Shown here piece by piece: positions 26,171-36,457 of a stretch of 64,000 nt of DNA. The translations under genes and the position numbers were made by a program. Below the pieces are notes generated by a model. That model did not search any database, was not told the DNA's origin, and saw only the letters and a program-made list of their open reading frames with translations. Every line of letters starts with the position of its first letter. Within the stretch, counting starts at the first letter, position 1. Origin of the DNA: Candidatus Omnitrophota bacterium (GTDB taxonomy: Bacteria > Omnitrophota > Gorgyraeia > Gygaellales > Profunditerraquicolaceae); assembly GCA_025453395.1 (NCBI GenBank), contig JALOQK010000001.1:166313-230312 (forward strand). Reading direction: 5' to 3'.

Positions 26171-27189
26171 AAATGAAATTCCCTTTCTTCTCCAAAAAGC
26201 CCAGTAAGTCAATCGGCCTGGATATCGGAAGCTCCCAGCTAAAACTTATTGAGCTTGACGCGACAAAAAACTCGGCACAGGTTACATCCATGGCCATGCA
26301 GGATATCCGCCAGTCTAAAAACATATCCGATGAAATAAAAAAGATCTTTAACGATAATAAGATCTCCTCAAGCAAGGTCAACGTGGCTGTTTCCGGAGAT
26401 GGAGTGATCGCTCGGTATTTATCCATGCCCAAGATGAGTTATGATGAATTAAAAAAAGCCATAAGTTACGAGCTTGAGGAACATATACCCTTTAAGCCGG
26501 AAGAAGTATACACGGATTTCTTTATTACCGGAGAGGACACAACAGCTAAGAATAAAATGCATGTCTTTTTGGTAGCCACAAAAAAAGAGCTGTTGGACAA
26601 GTATATTTCAATGCTGGAAAAAGCGGAATTAACGCCCAAGATAATAACTATGGACGCGTTGTGTTTGATGAATATATTCTGCTTTAACTATCCTGATAAA
26701 ATAAAATCTAACGTTACAGTGCTGAATATAGGCGAGAGAACCACTAATCTTATTATCACCAGGGACAAAACTCCCTATTTTGTGCGCGATACCCGCTTTG
26801 GGGGAGAGACTGTTACCTCCATTATCCAGAATAAACTCAATATCGCTAAGGATGCCGCCGAAGAAATAAAATTAAAATTAAGTTCGCAGGATATAGAATT
26901 GGCCAAAACCATAAAAACCACACTAGCCACGCTTCTAAATGAAATATTTGTCTCTATTGATTTTTACGAAAACTTAACCGAGAAAAAGATTGATGAGATT
27001 TATCTGTCCGGTGGGTCATGCTTACTCTATGGCCTTAAGGAATTCCTAAGCGGATATTTGGGCATCCAAATCAACCCTCTTGACCCCTTCAAAAATATCA
27101 CCTTTGCGCCTTCCATAGCAAAAGAGAAGATCGCTGAACAAGCGCCTTTCATGGCAGTTGCCGCGGGTTTAGCCCTAGAAGAAGCATAA
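26167..27189 (+). CDS. pilM: Type IV pilus assembly ATPase-like protein PilM (actin fold)
   Basis: N-terminus SIGLDIGSSQLKLIELD and an actin-like ATPase fold. It overlaps the pilQ stop by 4 nt and is last in the operon, a non-canonical order. Confidence 0.75.
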   Translation: MKMKFPFFSKKPSKSIGLDIGSSQLKLIELDATKNSAQVTSMAMQDIRQSKNISDEIKKIFNDNKISSSKVNVAVSGDGVIARYLSMPKMSYDELKKAISYELEEHIPFKPEEVYTDFFITGEDTTAKNKMHVFLVATKKELLDKYISMLEKAELTPKIITMDALCLMNIFCFNYPDKIKSNVTVLNIGERTTNLIITRDKTPYFVRDTRFGGETVTSIIQNKLNIAKDAAEEIKLKLSSQDIELAKTIKTTLATLLNEIFVSIDFYENLTEKKIDEIYLSGGSCLLYGLKEFLSGYLGIQINPLDPFKNITFAPSIAKEKIAEQAPFMAVAAGLALEEA

Positions 27190-27216
27190 TCCCAAACTTT
27201 ATAAAACGCAGGTTGA

Positions 27217-28431
27217 TTATTTATTTATAAGGGTGGTTAACTGGAATATCGGCATGAACATCGCCACCACAATAAAACCGATAGTTACCCCAAGAAAGGA
27301 AATTATCAAAGGTTCGATCATAGAGGTCATTTCAGACATAGAATCATTGACTTGCGTCTCGTAATAATCTGAAATCTTAGTAAGCATTCTTTCTAATTCG
27401 CCTGTCTGCTCTCCCACGGCTATCATCTTAACTACAAAAGGCGGGAATTTTCCGGTCTCTTCCATCGGCTCTGAAATATTCTCTCCCGCTCGCATGTTTG
27501 ACCTTATCTGCTCGGTAGCCATTTCAATTATTTTGTTTCCTGAAACCTTACCCGCTATTTCAAATGCCTCTAAAATACTTACCCCGCTTTTTACCAATGT
27601 TGCTAATGTGCGGGTAAAGCGACTAATGCAGATTTTACTTATAATCACCCCGAATATAGGCATTTTAAGCTTAAAACTGTCAAAATTTATCCTGCCTGAA
27701 GCAGAGCTGATATACCTGTTCAAGGCCACAATCCCCACAATTACAAGAATAAATAAAACAGGAAAATACCTAACGGATAGGTCGCTGGCTGTAATTAAAA
27801 ATTGGGTAGGAGCCGGAAGGTTTCCTCCCAGGCTAGTAAAGATATTCTTAAAAGTCGGTACCACCTTGATCATCAAGAAAGCTATAATAATGCCCGCCAT
27901 GCCTACAACCAGGGTAGGATAAGTCATGCTGGATTTTACTTTACGTGAAAGGTTTTCCGAACGCTCCAGATAATCTGCGACCCTCTCCAATATTTCATTA
28001 AGGCTGCCGCTTGATTCGCCGGCCTTGATCATGTTTGTGAATATCCCCGGAAATGCCTTGGGATATTTGGCGAAAGAGGCGGAAAGGCTGTTTCCAGACT
28101 CAATATCATTCTTAATGTTCACAATTATCTCTTTTAACTTAGGATTCTCCACTTGATCATGGAGCACATTTAAAGCTGTGATCAGGGATACTCCGGAATC
28201 AATAAGAGTAGCCAGCTGTCGGGAAAAAACAACCAAATCCATGGATTTTATCTTTGCCCCACCAAATGATAGGGAGCTAAATTTCTTTTGCCCCTCGCCT
28301 TCAAAAAGATCAATAATGGTCAAGCCCCGTTTCTTAAGCTCTTTAACGGCAGAGGATTTTTCTTGAGCTTCAATAACCCCGGTTATGGATTGGGCCTTTT
28401 GGTCGCGCGCAGTATAAGTAAATTTTGCCAT
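27217..28431 (-). CDS. pilC: Type IV pilus inner-membrane platform protein PilC (GspF family)
   Basis: 404 aa with duplicated GspF domains and 3 TM segments. The N-terminus MAKFTYTARD... is typical of PilC. Confidence 0.85.
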   Translation of the reverse strand: MAKFTYTARDQKAQSITGVIEAQEKSSAVKELKKRGLTIIDLFEGEGQKKFSSLSFGGAKIKSMDLVVFSRQLATLIDSGVSLITALNVLHDQVENPKLKEIIVNIKNDIESGNSLSASFAKYPKAFPGIFTNMIKAGESSGSLNEILERVADYLERSENLSRKVKSSMTYPTLVVGMAGIIIAFLMIKVVPTFKNIFTSLGGNLPAPTQFLITASDLSVRYFPVLFILVIVGIVALNRYISSASGRINFDSFKLKMPIFGVIISKICISRFTRTLATLVKSGVSILEAFEIAGKVSGNKIIEMATEQIRSNMRAGENISEPMEETGKFPPFVVKMIAVGEQTGELERMLTKISDYYETQVNDSMSEMTSMIEPLIISFLGVTIGFIVVAMFMPIFQLTTLINK

Positions 28432-28445
28432 ATGCGGTTAAAGCC

Positions 28446-28913
28446 TTATTTGTAATATTCTTTTATCACCTTTAGAATCTGTTCCTTGGTTGCGATCATT
28501 GAAACCACCTTGCATCTTGAGCTTTTCTCAACCTCAATTACGGCTTCTTTATCTAAAGGATTGCCCATAGCAACCACAAGGACATTGCCTATTTTCTCCA
28601 AAGGGACGCAAAAATGTTTAGAAGCTATTTCTTTAGGGATAAGCTTTACCAAGTCTTTGGTTATTTTATATTTTTCAATGGGCATATAGATGATCTCCGA
28701 CTGATTAGCAAGCGCCATGCTTAAGGCCTCCTGTGAAATAAACCCCATCTCCACAAGCACCTCTCCCAACATGCCGCCTTTTTGCCTTTGCGCGATAAGC
28801 GCCTGATCAAGCTTTTCAGAAGATATGACCCCCTTATTAACTAAAAGCTGCCCTAAAAGGCTGGTCTTAGCGACAATGCGCTGGGAATGCTCTTGGCTCT
28901 TCCTTTTATACAT
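28446..28913 (-). CDS. Stand-alone T2SSE_N / MshEN-like domain protein (putative c-di-GMP receptor)
   Basis: 155 aa. LLGQLLVNKGVISSEKLDQALIAQRQKGGMLGEVLVEMGFISQEAL is the MshEN-type N-terminal domain found on GspE/PilB/MshE ATPases. Here it is unfused. Confidence 0.6.
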   Translation of the reverse strand: MYKRKSQEHSQRIVAKTSLLGQLLVNKGVISSEKLDQALIAQRQKGGMLGEVLVEMGFISQEALSMALANQSEIIYMPIEKYKITKDLVKLIPKEIASKHFCVPLEKIGNVLVVAMGNPLDKEAVIEVEKSSRCKVVSMIATKEQILKVIKEYYK

Positions 28914-28986
28914 TATTCATCCCTTAAGATTTTACCTCTATAATATTATCTTATTTTGCCAAATATTGCAACACTATTCAACCGTT

Positions 28987-31900
28987 TCACGGCTTCTGCT
29001 CTTTTAGCAGCTCTGAAAGTACCTGCTTAGCAAAACTATCAGGCCTTTCCTGAAGCACATGGATAGCCTGTGAGCGGATATGTCCGGATTCATCCGAAGA
29101 ACAAGACGCGATAAGCTGGGCGCTTCTTAACCCCCGCATTTTGCTTAAAACAAAAATGGCTTTTCTTTTTATATTAATGTCGCTATGATTTAAAGCTGGG
29201 ACCAAGGCATCTAAGGCCTCCTCTCTATCCATCGCCCCCACAAGCTCAATTAAATTTTTTACTACCGCGATATGCACATCATTAAAACGCTCTGCGGGGA
29301 GAAAACGGCACACCAGGTCCACCGGCATAGATGCCAATATCTTCCCAATGGTATGACGGCGTAAATAAGCCTCAAAATATTTGCCTTCCGGAACACCTTT
29401 TTCACATAATGCTTCGTTAACGAGAAAACCTGCGGTGTAATCCTTAAGAAGCATAACCGGCTCTTGTATATCTTGCCAGTCTTTATTAGCGTCTATTCTT
29501 TCCAAAAGCTGCTGAACAAATCTCTCAGCAATAGGCTGGATGCTTTTCTGGGCGTCTTTTGCCGTTTTTTTATCTTCAGATAATAAAGACAACACCTGCT
29601 CCAGCAGCATCGCGTCTTTTTTATCTATTGCTATCTTAAGCAGCTTATCAAGGATGGGTTTTATTATTTCAACTATGAATTTCTTATTATCCTTAAAGTT
29701 TACATTAACCGCGGCAAAACAATCTTTAAGCAATTCTATTTCTGACCTATCAATTAAAATATCAAGCAGGTCTTTGACAAAGCTTAGGAACAGGCTTTCC
29801 GAAAGCGTCTTTTCATTAAACAGGCTTATTATCTTATCAAGCAGAATCTTAACCTTATCTCCGGATTTACTATCTAACAATTGTTTGACCAACAACGCAA
29901 TATCAAAAAGGCAAAGGATTTTTTTTAATTTACTGCCCGGCCAACTTAAGAAAGTATCCAATTTATCTCTTGGGTCTGTTTTTGCCCATAAAGACGGATC
30001 CAGAAACCAGTCGCATTCTTTTTGATTTGCCCCCAGATTTAAGAGTTTTCCCCTTATTACCGGAAGCAGATTTTCTTTTTGCTCCACAGAATTAATCAAA
30101 CGCTTCACTGTTTCATGGAATTTTCTTATATCTGTTTGCGGATTGGCATACTGCTTAATAAGCGTGTCCGTAATAACATCATCGGGCATTTTAAAACTTA
30201 ATTCCTTAACAATATCAACTCCTGCCGAGAAAGAAGCAGGCTTAGCCGAAGGGCCATTTGCTTCTTGCGTAACGTTTGGCCCGGATAAAATATTGGCCCT
30301 TAATGTCGGCTCCATGGAAAGAAGGGTCTTGGCCAGGCTTTCTTTATACTGCGGCCAATTCTTGTCCTGACCTAAGAATTTTTTGCCCATACGCTGAATG
30401 CTCTCGGACATGATCTGCGCTTTTACCTCTTCCTTGTCCCTGCCGGTCTTTGCGCTAACCTGATCCCCAATCTTATCTAACGCCTGCATGATATCTTGCG
30501 CGTGATTGGTAATCTTACCCTGGGGGTCAGTAGCCAAAGGCATTTTCCCCAAAAGATAGTCAATAAGCATAACTTCTTGCAGATTGTCCCTTTCGTGGAT
30601 ACGCTTGCTGGAAAGGTTATATATGGTTTCATGTATTTGTATATGGGTGAATTTACCCTCCCGCATAAGATGCGCTGCTGTTTCTTCGCCCTCGCGGGAG
30701 CCTTTACTTAATAATTCTATAAATAACGTAACTTCTTCAAGGGAAACTTCCTTAGCAAAAGAGGCATTCTCAATATTGACATCCTTAAAGAATTTCACCA
30801 GAGTATTAACAAAAAGGCCTGACAATTCTTTACCTATTCTGCGGTTATTAACGATAATACTCTGCCCTACGACAGCTATGCTTAAAACCCCCGCCTCATT
30901 AAAGATAACTGCCATCTTTTCAAAAAGGTTTTTTATGGAGCGCTGGACCATTTCATTTTGCGCGGGATACAAAATATAATTTTCAACCGCGATGCAAATA
31001 TTGCGTATAAAAGCGGGGATTTCCTGCCATGCCTTTTTGCTTAAAACAACAAGCATCTTATCCTGCACGGCATCCTTTAACAATGAATGGGCGTAATCTA
31101 TGGTGCGGTCATAAAAGATCCCCTTACCTTCGTCAATAATCTTCGCGTACTGTTTGGCGCGCAGGTCATCTTCAGCTTTCTTAAAGTGATAATACAATTC
31201 TCCGGCTATGCCGTTTATCTTATCGGGGTTTAGCTTTTCGGTAACCTTCCCCAAACGCGAATGCAAATCGCGCTCTTTAGCGCCTCCTAAAGCATCCAGA
31301 ATAACATTTCTTATTTTATTGGTAAAAAAACTAAATTCGTCTTTTCCTTGGACGCCTTTTTCATAAACTAAGCCTATTTTCTTGGCAGCCTCCACAAGAT
31401 CCAAAACATAACCCCTGTCTTCACTGTCGATCTTCTGCAGCAAATCTACCTGGAAATCTTCTCCGATGACAGCCGCCTTGGCAATCATATTGCGGGTGTC
31501 TTCATCCAAATCCTCAATACGGGAAATAATAGCTTTTTCTATAGAGCCTGGCAAATCGGCTTCATTGATATCCTTATAGGCCCAAGCGCCGGCGGAATAA
31601 TATATAAACCCTTTTTCAACCATATACTTAATAGACTCTTCAATAAAAAGCGGATTTCCCGCTGTTTTATTGTATAAAAGATCATAAAAACTATCCGGCA
31701 TGTTAAGGCCTTCAATAATGGACTCTACCATTTCTTGTGTTTTAGCTCTATCTAAACCGCTTAAAGACAATAGTTCAAACTGCCCGCCGGAGGCTTTAGT
31801 TTCCAGCAAGCCCTTAAGCGCGGAATCGCCAATTTGGGGAATAACCAGTTCTTCATTAGAAAACGCCCCGATAATAAGCGCCGGAAACCTTATTTTTTCC

Positions 31901-33009
31901 TGAATCATGGACGTAACAACTTGTAAACTATCCGGATCCATATACTGCATATCATCAAAAATAAAACACATCCTTCTGTCTTTGGAAATATTTATAATGA
32001 ATTTAACTAACGCTTGCGACAATAATTCTTTCTGGCCGGCCTGTTCATCATGTCCGATGTCATTTACAGGATGCGCTTTAATCAGTTCGGATAATCCGGG
32101 TATAAAATTAAATAAATAATCTCTTTCCTGCTGGGTAAGCCCTGCTAATGCGTCCGGGGTGAGAACTTCTATATTTGTCAGAAAACTATCTACGGCCTGA
32201 CCAATGGCGTGGAACGGCTGATGCAGCATCTTTTCTACGAGCCGCGCGCTTAAAATCCCTGGATTTACTGATATTGTTGAGGTGGCAGCTAATTTCTCAA
32301 AATTAGCCAAAAGCCTGCTTTTCCCGATACCAGAAGGGCCCTCTATTAAAAGCATGCGCTGCCCGCTTTGAGGCAGAGTATCCAAGGCGTAAATGAAACT
32401 ATTGGTTTCTTTTTCCCGGTTGATAAAAACAGGCGCGGGAAACCTTTCCATAAGGTTCTTTTTCCAAAAGGCTTCGCCGTCAATATCAGAAACAACCGCC
32501 ATGCAGTTCTTGCCTTTTTCCTTGGCCACATACAAGGCTTGATCCGCTAACTTTATAAGCCCAAGGTGTGTTTTGGCATGCGTTGGGAATCCGGCAATTC
32601 CAACGCTTACGGTAATATGGATATCTCTTCCGGAGGACGGCTCTTTAAACCTGTGTTCCGAGATCTTAGAGATAAGCCGTTGGGCGATGTTTTTAACAAT
32701 CTGCTCTTCAACATTAGGAAGGATCACTGTAAATTCATCGCCAGCGTATCTTATCCTTTTATCTACGGCCTTAGTATTATCTTTGATAATTCGGGAAAGC
32801 TCTTTTAAAAGCTGATCTCCTGTTAAGTGGCCATAGGTATCATTGATCATCTTAAAGCCGTCAACATCCAGCATAAACAGCCATATCTTATATCCTGCGC
32901 CCTCGGCTTCCTGTAAAGCTACCGGAAGATATGAATACAGATAGCGGCGGTTAAAAAATCCGGTAAGATCGTCTATATACGCTAAATTTTCATTGCTTTG
33001 GGAGTGCAT
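28987..33009 (-). CDS. GGDEF diguanylate cyclase fused to an AAA/STAND-type NTPase and C-terminal HEAT repeats
   Basis: N-terminal GGDEF domain (DDLTGFFNRRY ... RYAGDEFTVILP, an AGDEF active-site variant). It is followed by Walker A LLIEGPSGIGKSRLL and Walker B MCFIFDDMQYMD (AAA_16/STAND-like), a long helical region, and HEAT/PBS repeats (ALVPALNHSDINIKRKAIFVLSKM, DESGHIRSQAIHVLQE). Confidence 0.75.
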   Translation of the reverse strand: MHSQSNENLAYIDDLTGFFNRRYLYSYLPVALQEAEGAGYKIWLFMLDVDGFKMINDTYGHLTGDQLLKELSRIIKDNTKAVDKRIRYAGDEFTVILPNVEEQIVKNIAQRLISKISEHRFKEPSSGRDIHITVSVGIAGFPTHAKTHLGLIKLADQALYVAKEKGKNCMAVVSDIDGEAFWKKNLMERFPAPVFINREKETNSFIYALDTLPQSGQRMLLIEGPSGIGKSRLLANFEKLAATSTISVNPGILSARLVEKMLHQPFHAIGQAVDSFLTNIEVLTPDALAGLTQQERDYLFNFIPGLSELIKAHPVNDIGHDEQAGQKELLSQALVKFIINISKDRRMCFIFDDMQYMDPDSLQVVTSMIQEKIRFPALIIGAFSNEELVIPQIGDSALKGLLETKASGGQFELLSLSGLDRAKTQEMVESIIEGLNMPDSFYDLLYNKTAGNPLFIEESIKYMVEKGFIYYSAGAWAYKDINEADLPGSIEKAIISRIEDLDEDTRNMIAKAAVIGEDFQVDLLQKIDSEDRGYVLDLVEAAKKIGLVYEKGVQGKDEFSFFTNKIRNVILDALGGAKERDLHSRLGKVTEKLNPDKINGIAGELYYHFKKAEDDLRAKQYAKIIDEGKGIFYDRTIDYAHSLLKDAVQDKMLVVLSKKAWQEIPAFIRNICIAVENYILYPAQNEMVQRSIKNLFEKMAVIFNEAGVLSIAVVGQSIIVNNRRIGKELSGLFVNTLVKFFKDVNIENASFAKEVSLEEVTLFIELLSKGSREGEETAAHLMREGKFTHIQIHETIYNLSSKRIHERDNLQEVMLIDYLLGKMPLATDPQGKITNHAQDIMQALDKIGDQVSAKTGRDKEEVKAQIMSESIQRMGKKFLGQDKNWPQYKESLAKTLLSMEPTLRANILSGPNVTQEANGPSAKPASFSAGVDIVKELSFKMPDDVITDTLIKQYANPQTDIRKFHETVKRLINSVEQKENLLPVIRGKLLNLGANQKECDWFLDPSLWAKTDPRDKLDTFLSWPGSKLKKILCLFDIALLVKQLLDSKSGDKVKILLDKIISLFNEKTLSESLFLSFVKDLLDILIDRSEIELLKDCFAAVNVNFKDNKKFIVEIIKPILDKLLKIAIDKKDAMLLEQVLSLLSEDKKTAKDAQKSIQPIAERFVQQLLERIDANKDWQDIQEPVMLLKDYTAGFLVNEALCEKGVPEGKYFEAYLRRHTIGKILASMPVDLVCRFLPAERFNDVHIAVVKNLIELVGAMDREEALDALVPALNHSDINIKRKAIFVLSKMRGLRSAQLIASCSSDESGHIRSQAIHVLQERPDSFAKQVLSELLKEQKP

Positions 33010-33015
33010 ATTTTC

Positions 33016-34725
33016 TTAGTCCTTAGCTGTTACCCGATATACCTCTTCAAGGGTAGTAACCCCATTAAACACCTTTTCAAACCCGTCCTGACGCAAGGTA
33101 ATAAGCTTTCCGTTTTTTATCGCCTCATCCCTTACTTGCTCTAAAGGCACCTCTCTTATGACTTGGCTTTTAATATAATCGTCAACATTAAACGCTTCTA
33201 AAAGCGCGATCCTGCCCTTATATCCGGTATTTAAACAAGAATTGCATCCGCGGCCATGATAAAACTTTCCAGAACCTGTAACCTTAAGGCCCAATTCTTT
33301 GATCATAAATTCAGGAGCGTCAGTAAATTCCTCCTTGCAATTATCGCAGATCTTACGGCAGAGCCTCTGGGCGCAAACAAGAATAAGTGAAGACGCCACC
33401 AAATACCTCTCTACCCCCATATCAATAAGCCGGGCAAAGGCGCTTACTGAATCATTGGTATGAAGGGTGCTTAATATAAGTTGACCTATAAGCGAAGCCT
33501 TAATAGCGATATCCGCTGTTTCAGTATCGCGGATTTCTCCGATCATGATAATATCCGGGCTTTGCCTTAATACCCCGCGCAGCGCGGTGGCAAAGGTAAA
33601 ATCTATATCCGATCGTATATGCGTCTGGCCAATACCATCCAACTGATATTCAACCGGGTCCTCAATTGTAACCACATGGCGTTCCATAGTATTTAATTCT
33701 TTTAAAACCGAATAAAGCGTAGTAGATTTACCGCTTCCCGTGGGCCCGGTAATCAGGATCATCCCGTGGTCTTTAGACAAAGCTTCCTGCAAAAGCCTCA
33801 AAGACTGCTCTGAAAATCCCAGATCCGTTAAGCTGACCATTGCCTTAGCTTTATCCAGGATCCTTAAAACGAATTTTTCTCCGTAAATAGTGGGAAGCGA
33901 AGAAACACGGAAATCAATCTGTCTGCCATAGGCCACCAATGGGAACCTTCCGTCTTGAGGAAGATAAAATTTAGTAATATCAAGATTGGAAAGTATTTTT
34001 ATGCGCGCGGCAATGCCGCGTTGCACCTTTTTGGGCAGGCCATAAGCTTTGTGCATTATCCCGTCTATGCGGTAGCGCACAGTCAAATCTTCTTCTGTTG
34101 GTTCAAGATGTATATCTGACGCCCTCTGCTGAATAGCTTCGCCTATAATCCGGTTGACCGCCTCTACTATCGGGCCTTTCTGGCTTTCCTGAATAAGATC
34201 CGCGGAATCGCTATCATCCAATTCTTCAGTCCTTATGATCTGCATAGACTTTTCTTTTTCATCGTAAGCTAAAATTTCCGGAAGGCTTTGCAGCTGAGTG
34301 TAGAAATTATTAATGCAGTCATTGACCGCCTTTTCCTTAGCCAAAACCTGTTTTATTTCACACTTCAAAGAAAGGCGCAGGTTATCCAAAGTAATAATAT
34401 CCATGGGCTCCGCGATAGCCACAAGAAGGGTATCCCCTATCTTGTAAAGCGGCAGAAAAGAATATTTACGCACTATTTCTTCGGGAATAGAAGCTACAAG
34501 CCGCGGGTCAAGCTCATATTTGTAAGGATCAATAAAAGGCACATTCAAATGATACGCCACTAAAGAAAGAAGGTCTTCCTCATTAATAAAACCTTCAGAG
34601 ATAAGCACTTCTTTTATTTCCTTGCCGGTCTTTCTTTGAATAGAAATTGCCTTCTCTATATCTTCGGTGGTTATCTTATTGGCATCGGTTAAGATCTTGA
34701 TAAAATTTAATTTGGTTTTGCCCAT
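33016..34725 (-). CDS. pilB: Type IV pilus assembly ATPase PilB/GspE family
   Basis: T2SSE_N N-terminal domain, Walker A ILITGPTGSGKSTTLYS, a tetracysteine motif (CRKICDNC...GRGCNSC), and a 569 aa length that is PilB-like rather than PilT. Confidence 0.85.
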   Translation of the reverse strand: MGKTKLNFIKILTDANKITTEDIEKAISIQRKTGKEIKEVLISEGFINEEDLLSLVAYHLNVPFIDPYKYELDPRLVASIPEEIVRKYSFLPLYKIGDTLLVAIAEPMDIITLDNLRLSLKCEIKQVLAKEKAVNDCINNFYTQLQSLPEILAYDEKEKSMQIIRTEELDDSDSADLIQESQKGPIVEAVNRIIGEAIQQRASDIHLEPTEEDLTVRYRIDGIMHKAYGLPKKVQRGIAARIKILSNLDITKFYLPQDGRFPLVAYGRQIDFRVSSLPTIYGEKFVLRILDKAKAMVSLTDLGFSEQSLRLLQEALSKDHGMILITGPTGSGKSTTLYSVLKELNTMERHVVTIEDPVEYQLDGIGQTHIRSDIDFTFATALRGVLRQSPDIIMIGEIRDTETADIAIKASLIGQLILSTLHTNDSVSAFARLIDMGVERYLVASSLILVCAQRLCRKICDNCKEEFTDAPEFMIKELGLKVTGSGKFYHGRGCNSCLNTGYKGRIALLEAFNVDDYIKSQVIREVPLEQVRDEAIKNGKLITLRQDGFEKVFNGVTTLEEVYRVTAKD

Positions 34726-34730
34726 ATTTT

Positions 34731-36404
34731 CTAATCCGCAGGGGTTACCCGCAAGACCTCTTCTATAGTTATTATGCCGGCGCGGGCTAATTCCTGCGCC
34801 TCTTCCCTTAAAGTGCGCATGCCTTCCTTGCGGGCTATTTCTTTAATCACCTTCTCTTCAATATTCTTGCCCACGATAGCATCTTTAATCACGGCTGTTA
34901 GATGTAAAACCTCGGCCAATAAAATCCGCCCCTTATATCCTGTACCCATGCATTCTTTACAGCCTTTCCCGCGAAAATACGGCTGCGATGGAACAGGCTC
35001 TTTGCAATGTACGCAGATCCTGCGCGCTAATCTTTGTGAAACAATGGCGATCAATGAAGCGTTAATCAAGAATGACTCCACCCCCATATCCAACAGGCGC
35101 ACTACCGACCCGGCAGCAGTAGTAGTATGAAGCGTGCTTAAAACCAAATGCCCGGTTAACGCCGCTTTAATAGCGATATCTACAGTCTCAAAATCTCGGA
35201 TCTCGCCGATCATGATAATATCTGGGTCTTGCCTTAGAATAGAACGTAGGCAACGGCTAAAGTTCAGCCCAGTTTTGATATTAATAGACACCTGGTTAAT
35301 CCCTTTTAGCTGATATTCAACAGGATCTTCAACGGTAATAATATTTTTTTCTGGGGTATGCACATATTTTAATAAAGAATACAAAGTAGAGGTTTTGCCT
35401 GAACCTGTGGGCCCACAAACCAAAAGCATGCCGTGGGGCAATTGGGCGGCTTTTTTAAGCCCGGATATAACCGCATCTGTTAAGCCTAACTTATTTAAAT
35501 CCAATAACCCTAAAGATTTATCCAATATCCTGATCGCCACTTTCTCGCCCAATATCGTTGGGTATGATGAAACACGAAAATCAACTTCCTTGTCTTTTCT
35601 TCTAATCTTAAACTGGCCATCTTGAGGGAAACGGTGCTCCGCTATATCCAGATCCGATATGACCTTAATGCGCGACACAATAAAAGGATGAAAAGCCCGC
35701 GGCAGGCTTTCTATATGCCGGTATACCCCATCAATACGGAAACGTATCCTAGTTGCCCCTTCCAAAGGCTCAATCAACACATCGCTTGCCTTTGCGTCAA
35801 TAGCTTTATCCATAATAAAATTTGTCGCTTTAACAATGGGCATCTCCTGGGTAATCTGCGCCAGGTCTTGCGCGTCAAACTCACCTCTTGTCTTAATGGA
35901 AATATCCGAAAGGCTATCTCCTAAGATATCTTCCATTTCCATATTTGCTTCTTCGGGCTTATCTCCCAGCTGAACGCCGTAATAATGATGCAATAATTTA
36001 TCCATTTCAGCGCCAGCTATAACAACTGGATTGATTTTATGGCCTGATGCCTCTTGAATATCCTCTAAATCAACAACGGTGCTGAGATTTGCTATAGCTA
36101 AAAGAATCCCGTTTTCAGTCTTTATTAAGGGGAAAATACGGTATTTGCGCGCATTCTGCTCTGATACGAAACTTAATGTTTCGGCTCGGATAGTAAGCTG
36201 GGAAATGTCAAATTCGGGAACGGGGCAATTGGATTTGATAAAACCTTCAAGCTTCTGCTTATTGATCAGAATATCCTCTGTTAAAACCAGGCTTAAAGGC
36301 TTATTATTGGCAGCCTGCAGAGAAAAAACCTCGCCAACCTGGGAGGCCTTTAACAACCCATTCTGGGCGAGAAGCTGGATGATCTGACGCTTGGGATAAA
36401 TCAT
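34731..36404 (-). CDS. Second PilB/GspE family secretion ATPase paralog
   Basis: Walker A LLVCGPTGSGKTSTLYS, a tetracysteine motif (CVHCKEP...GKGCKEC) and an N-terminal T2SSE_N domain, 557 aa. Confidence 0.85.
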   Translation of the reverse strand: MIYPKRQIIQLLAQNGLLKASQVGEVFSLQAANNKPLSLVLTEDILINKQKLEGFIKSNCPVPEFDISQLTIRAETLSFVSEQNARKYRIFPLIKTENGILLAIANLSTVVDLEDIQEASGHKINPVVIAGAEMDKLLHHYYGVQLGDKPEEANMEMEDILGDSLSDISIKTRGEFDAQDLAQITQEMPIVKATNFIMDKAIDAKASDVLIEPLEGATRIRFRIDGVYRHIESLPRAFHPFIVSRIKVISDLDIAEHRFPQDGQFKIRRKDKEVDFRVSSYPTILGEKVAIRILDKSLGLLDLNKLGLTDAVISGLKKAAQLPHGMLLVCGPTGSGKTSTLYSLLKYVHTPEKNIITVEDPVEYQLKGINQVSINIKTGLNFSRCLRSILRQDPDIIMIGEIRDFETVDIAIKAALTGHLVLSTLHTTTAAGSVVRLLDMGVESFLINASLIAIVSQRLARRICVHCKEPVPSQPYFRGKGCKECMGTGYKGRILLAEVLHLTAVIKDAIVGKNIEEKVIKEIARKEGMRTLREEAQELARAGIITIEEVLRVTPAD

Positions 36405-36428
36405 TCAAGATTTATAGGTTAATAAAAA

Positions 36429-36457
36429 ATTATAACCAATCACGAGGGGATAGTCAA
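36429..36457 (-). promoter_or_regulatory. Sigma70 consensus promoter (TTGACT-17 nt-TATAAT) driving the pilB paralogs
   Basis: The minus strand reads cTTGACTatcccctcgtgattggtTATAATttttt, with the -10 ending ~25 nt upstream of the 36404 ATG. There is no obvious Shine-Dalgarno sequence. Confidence 0.5.

Noticed and set aside
23495-26432. Several 60-110 aa minus-strand ORFs inside pilN, pilO, pilQ and pilM (23495-23707, 23855-24187, 24772-25053, 25063-25456, 26115-26432)
   Set aside because: All are antisense to the coherent plus-strand pilNOPQM genes and have no recognisable features.
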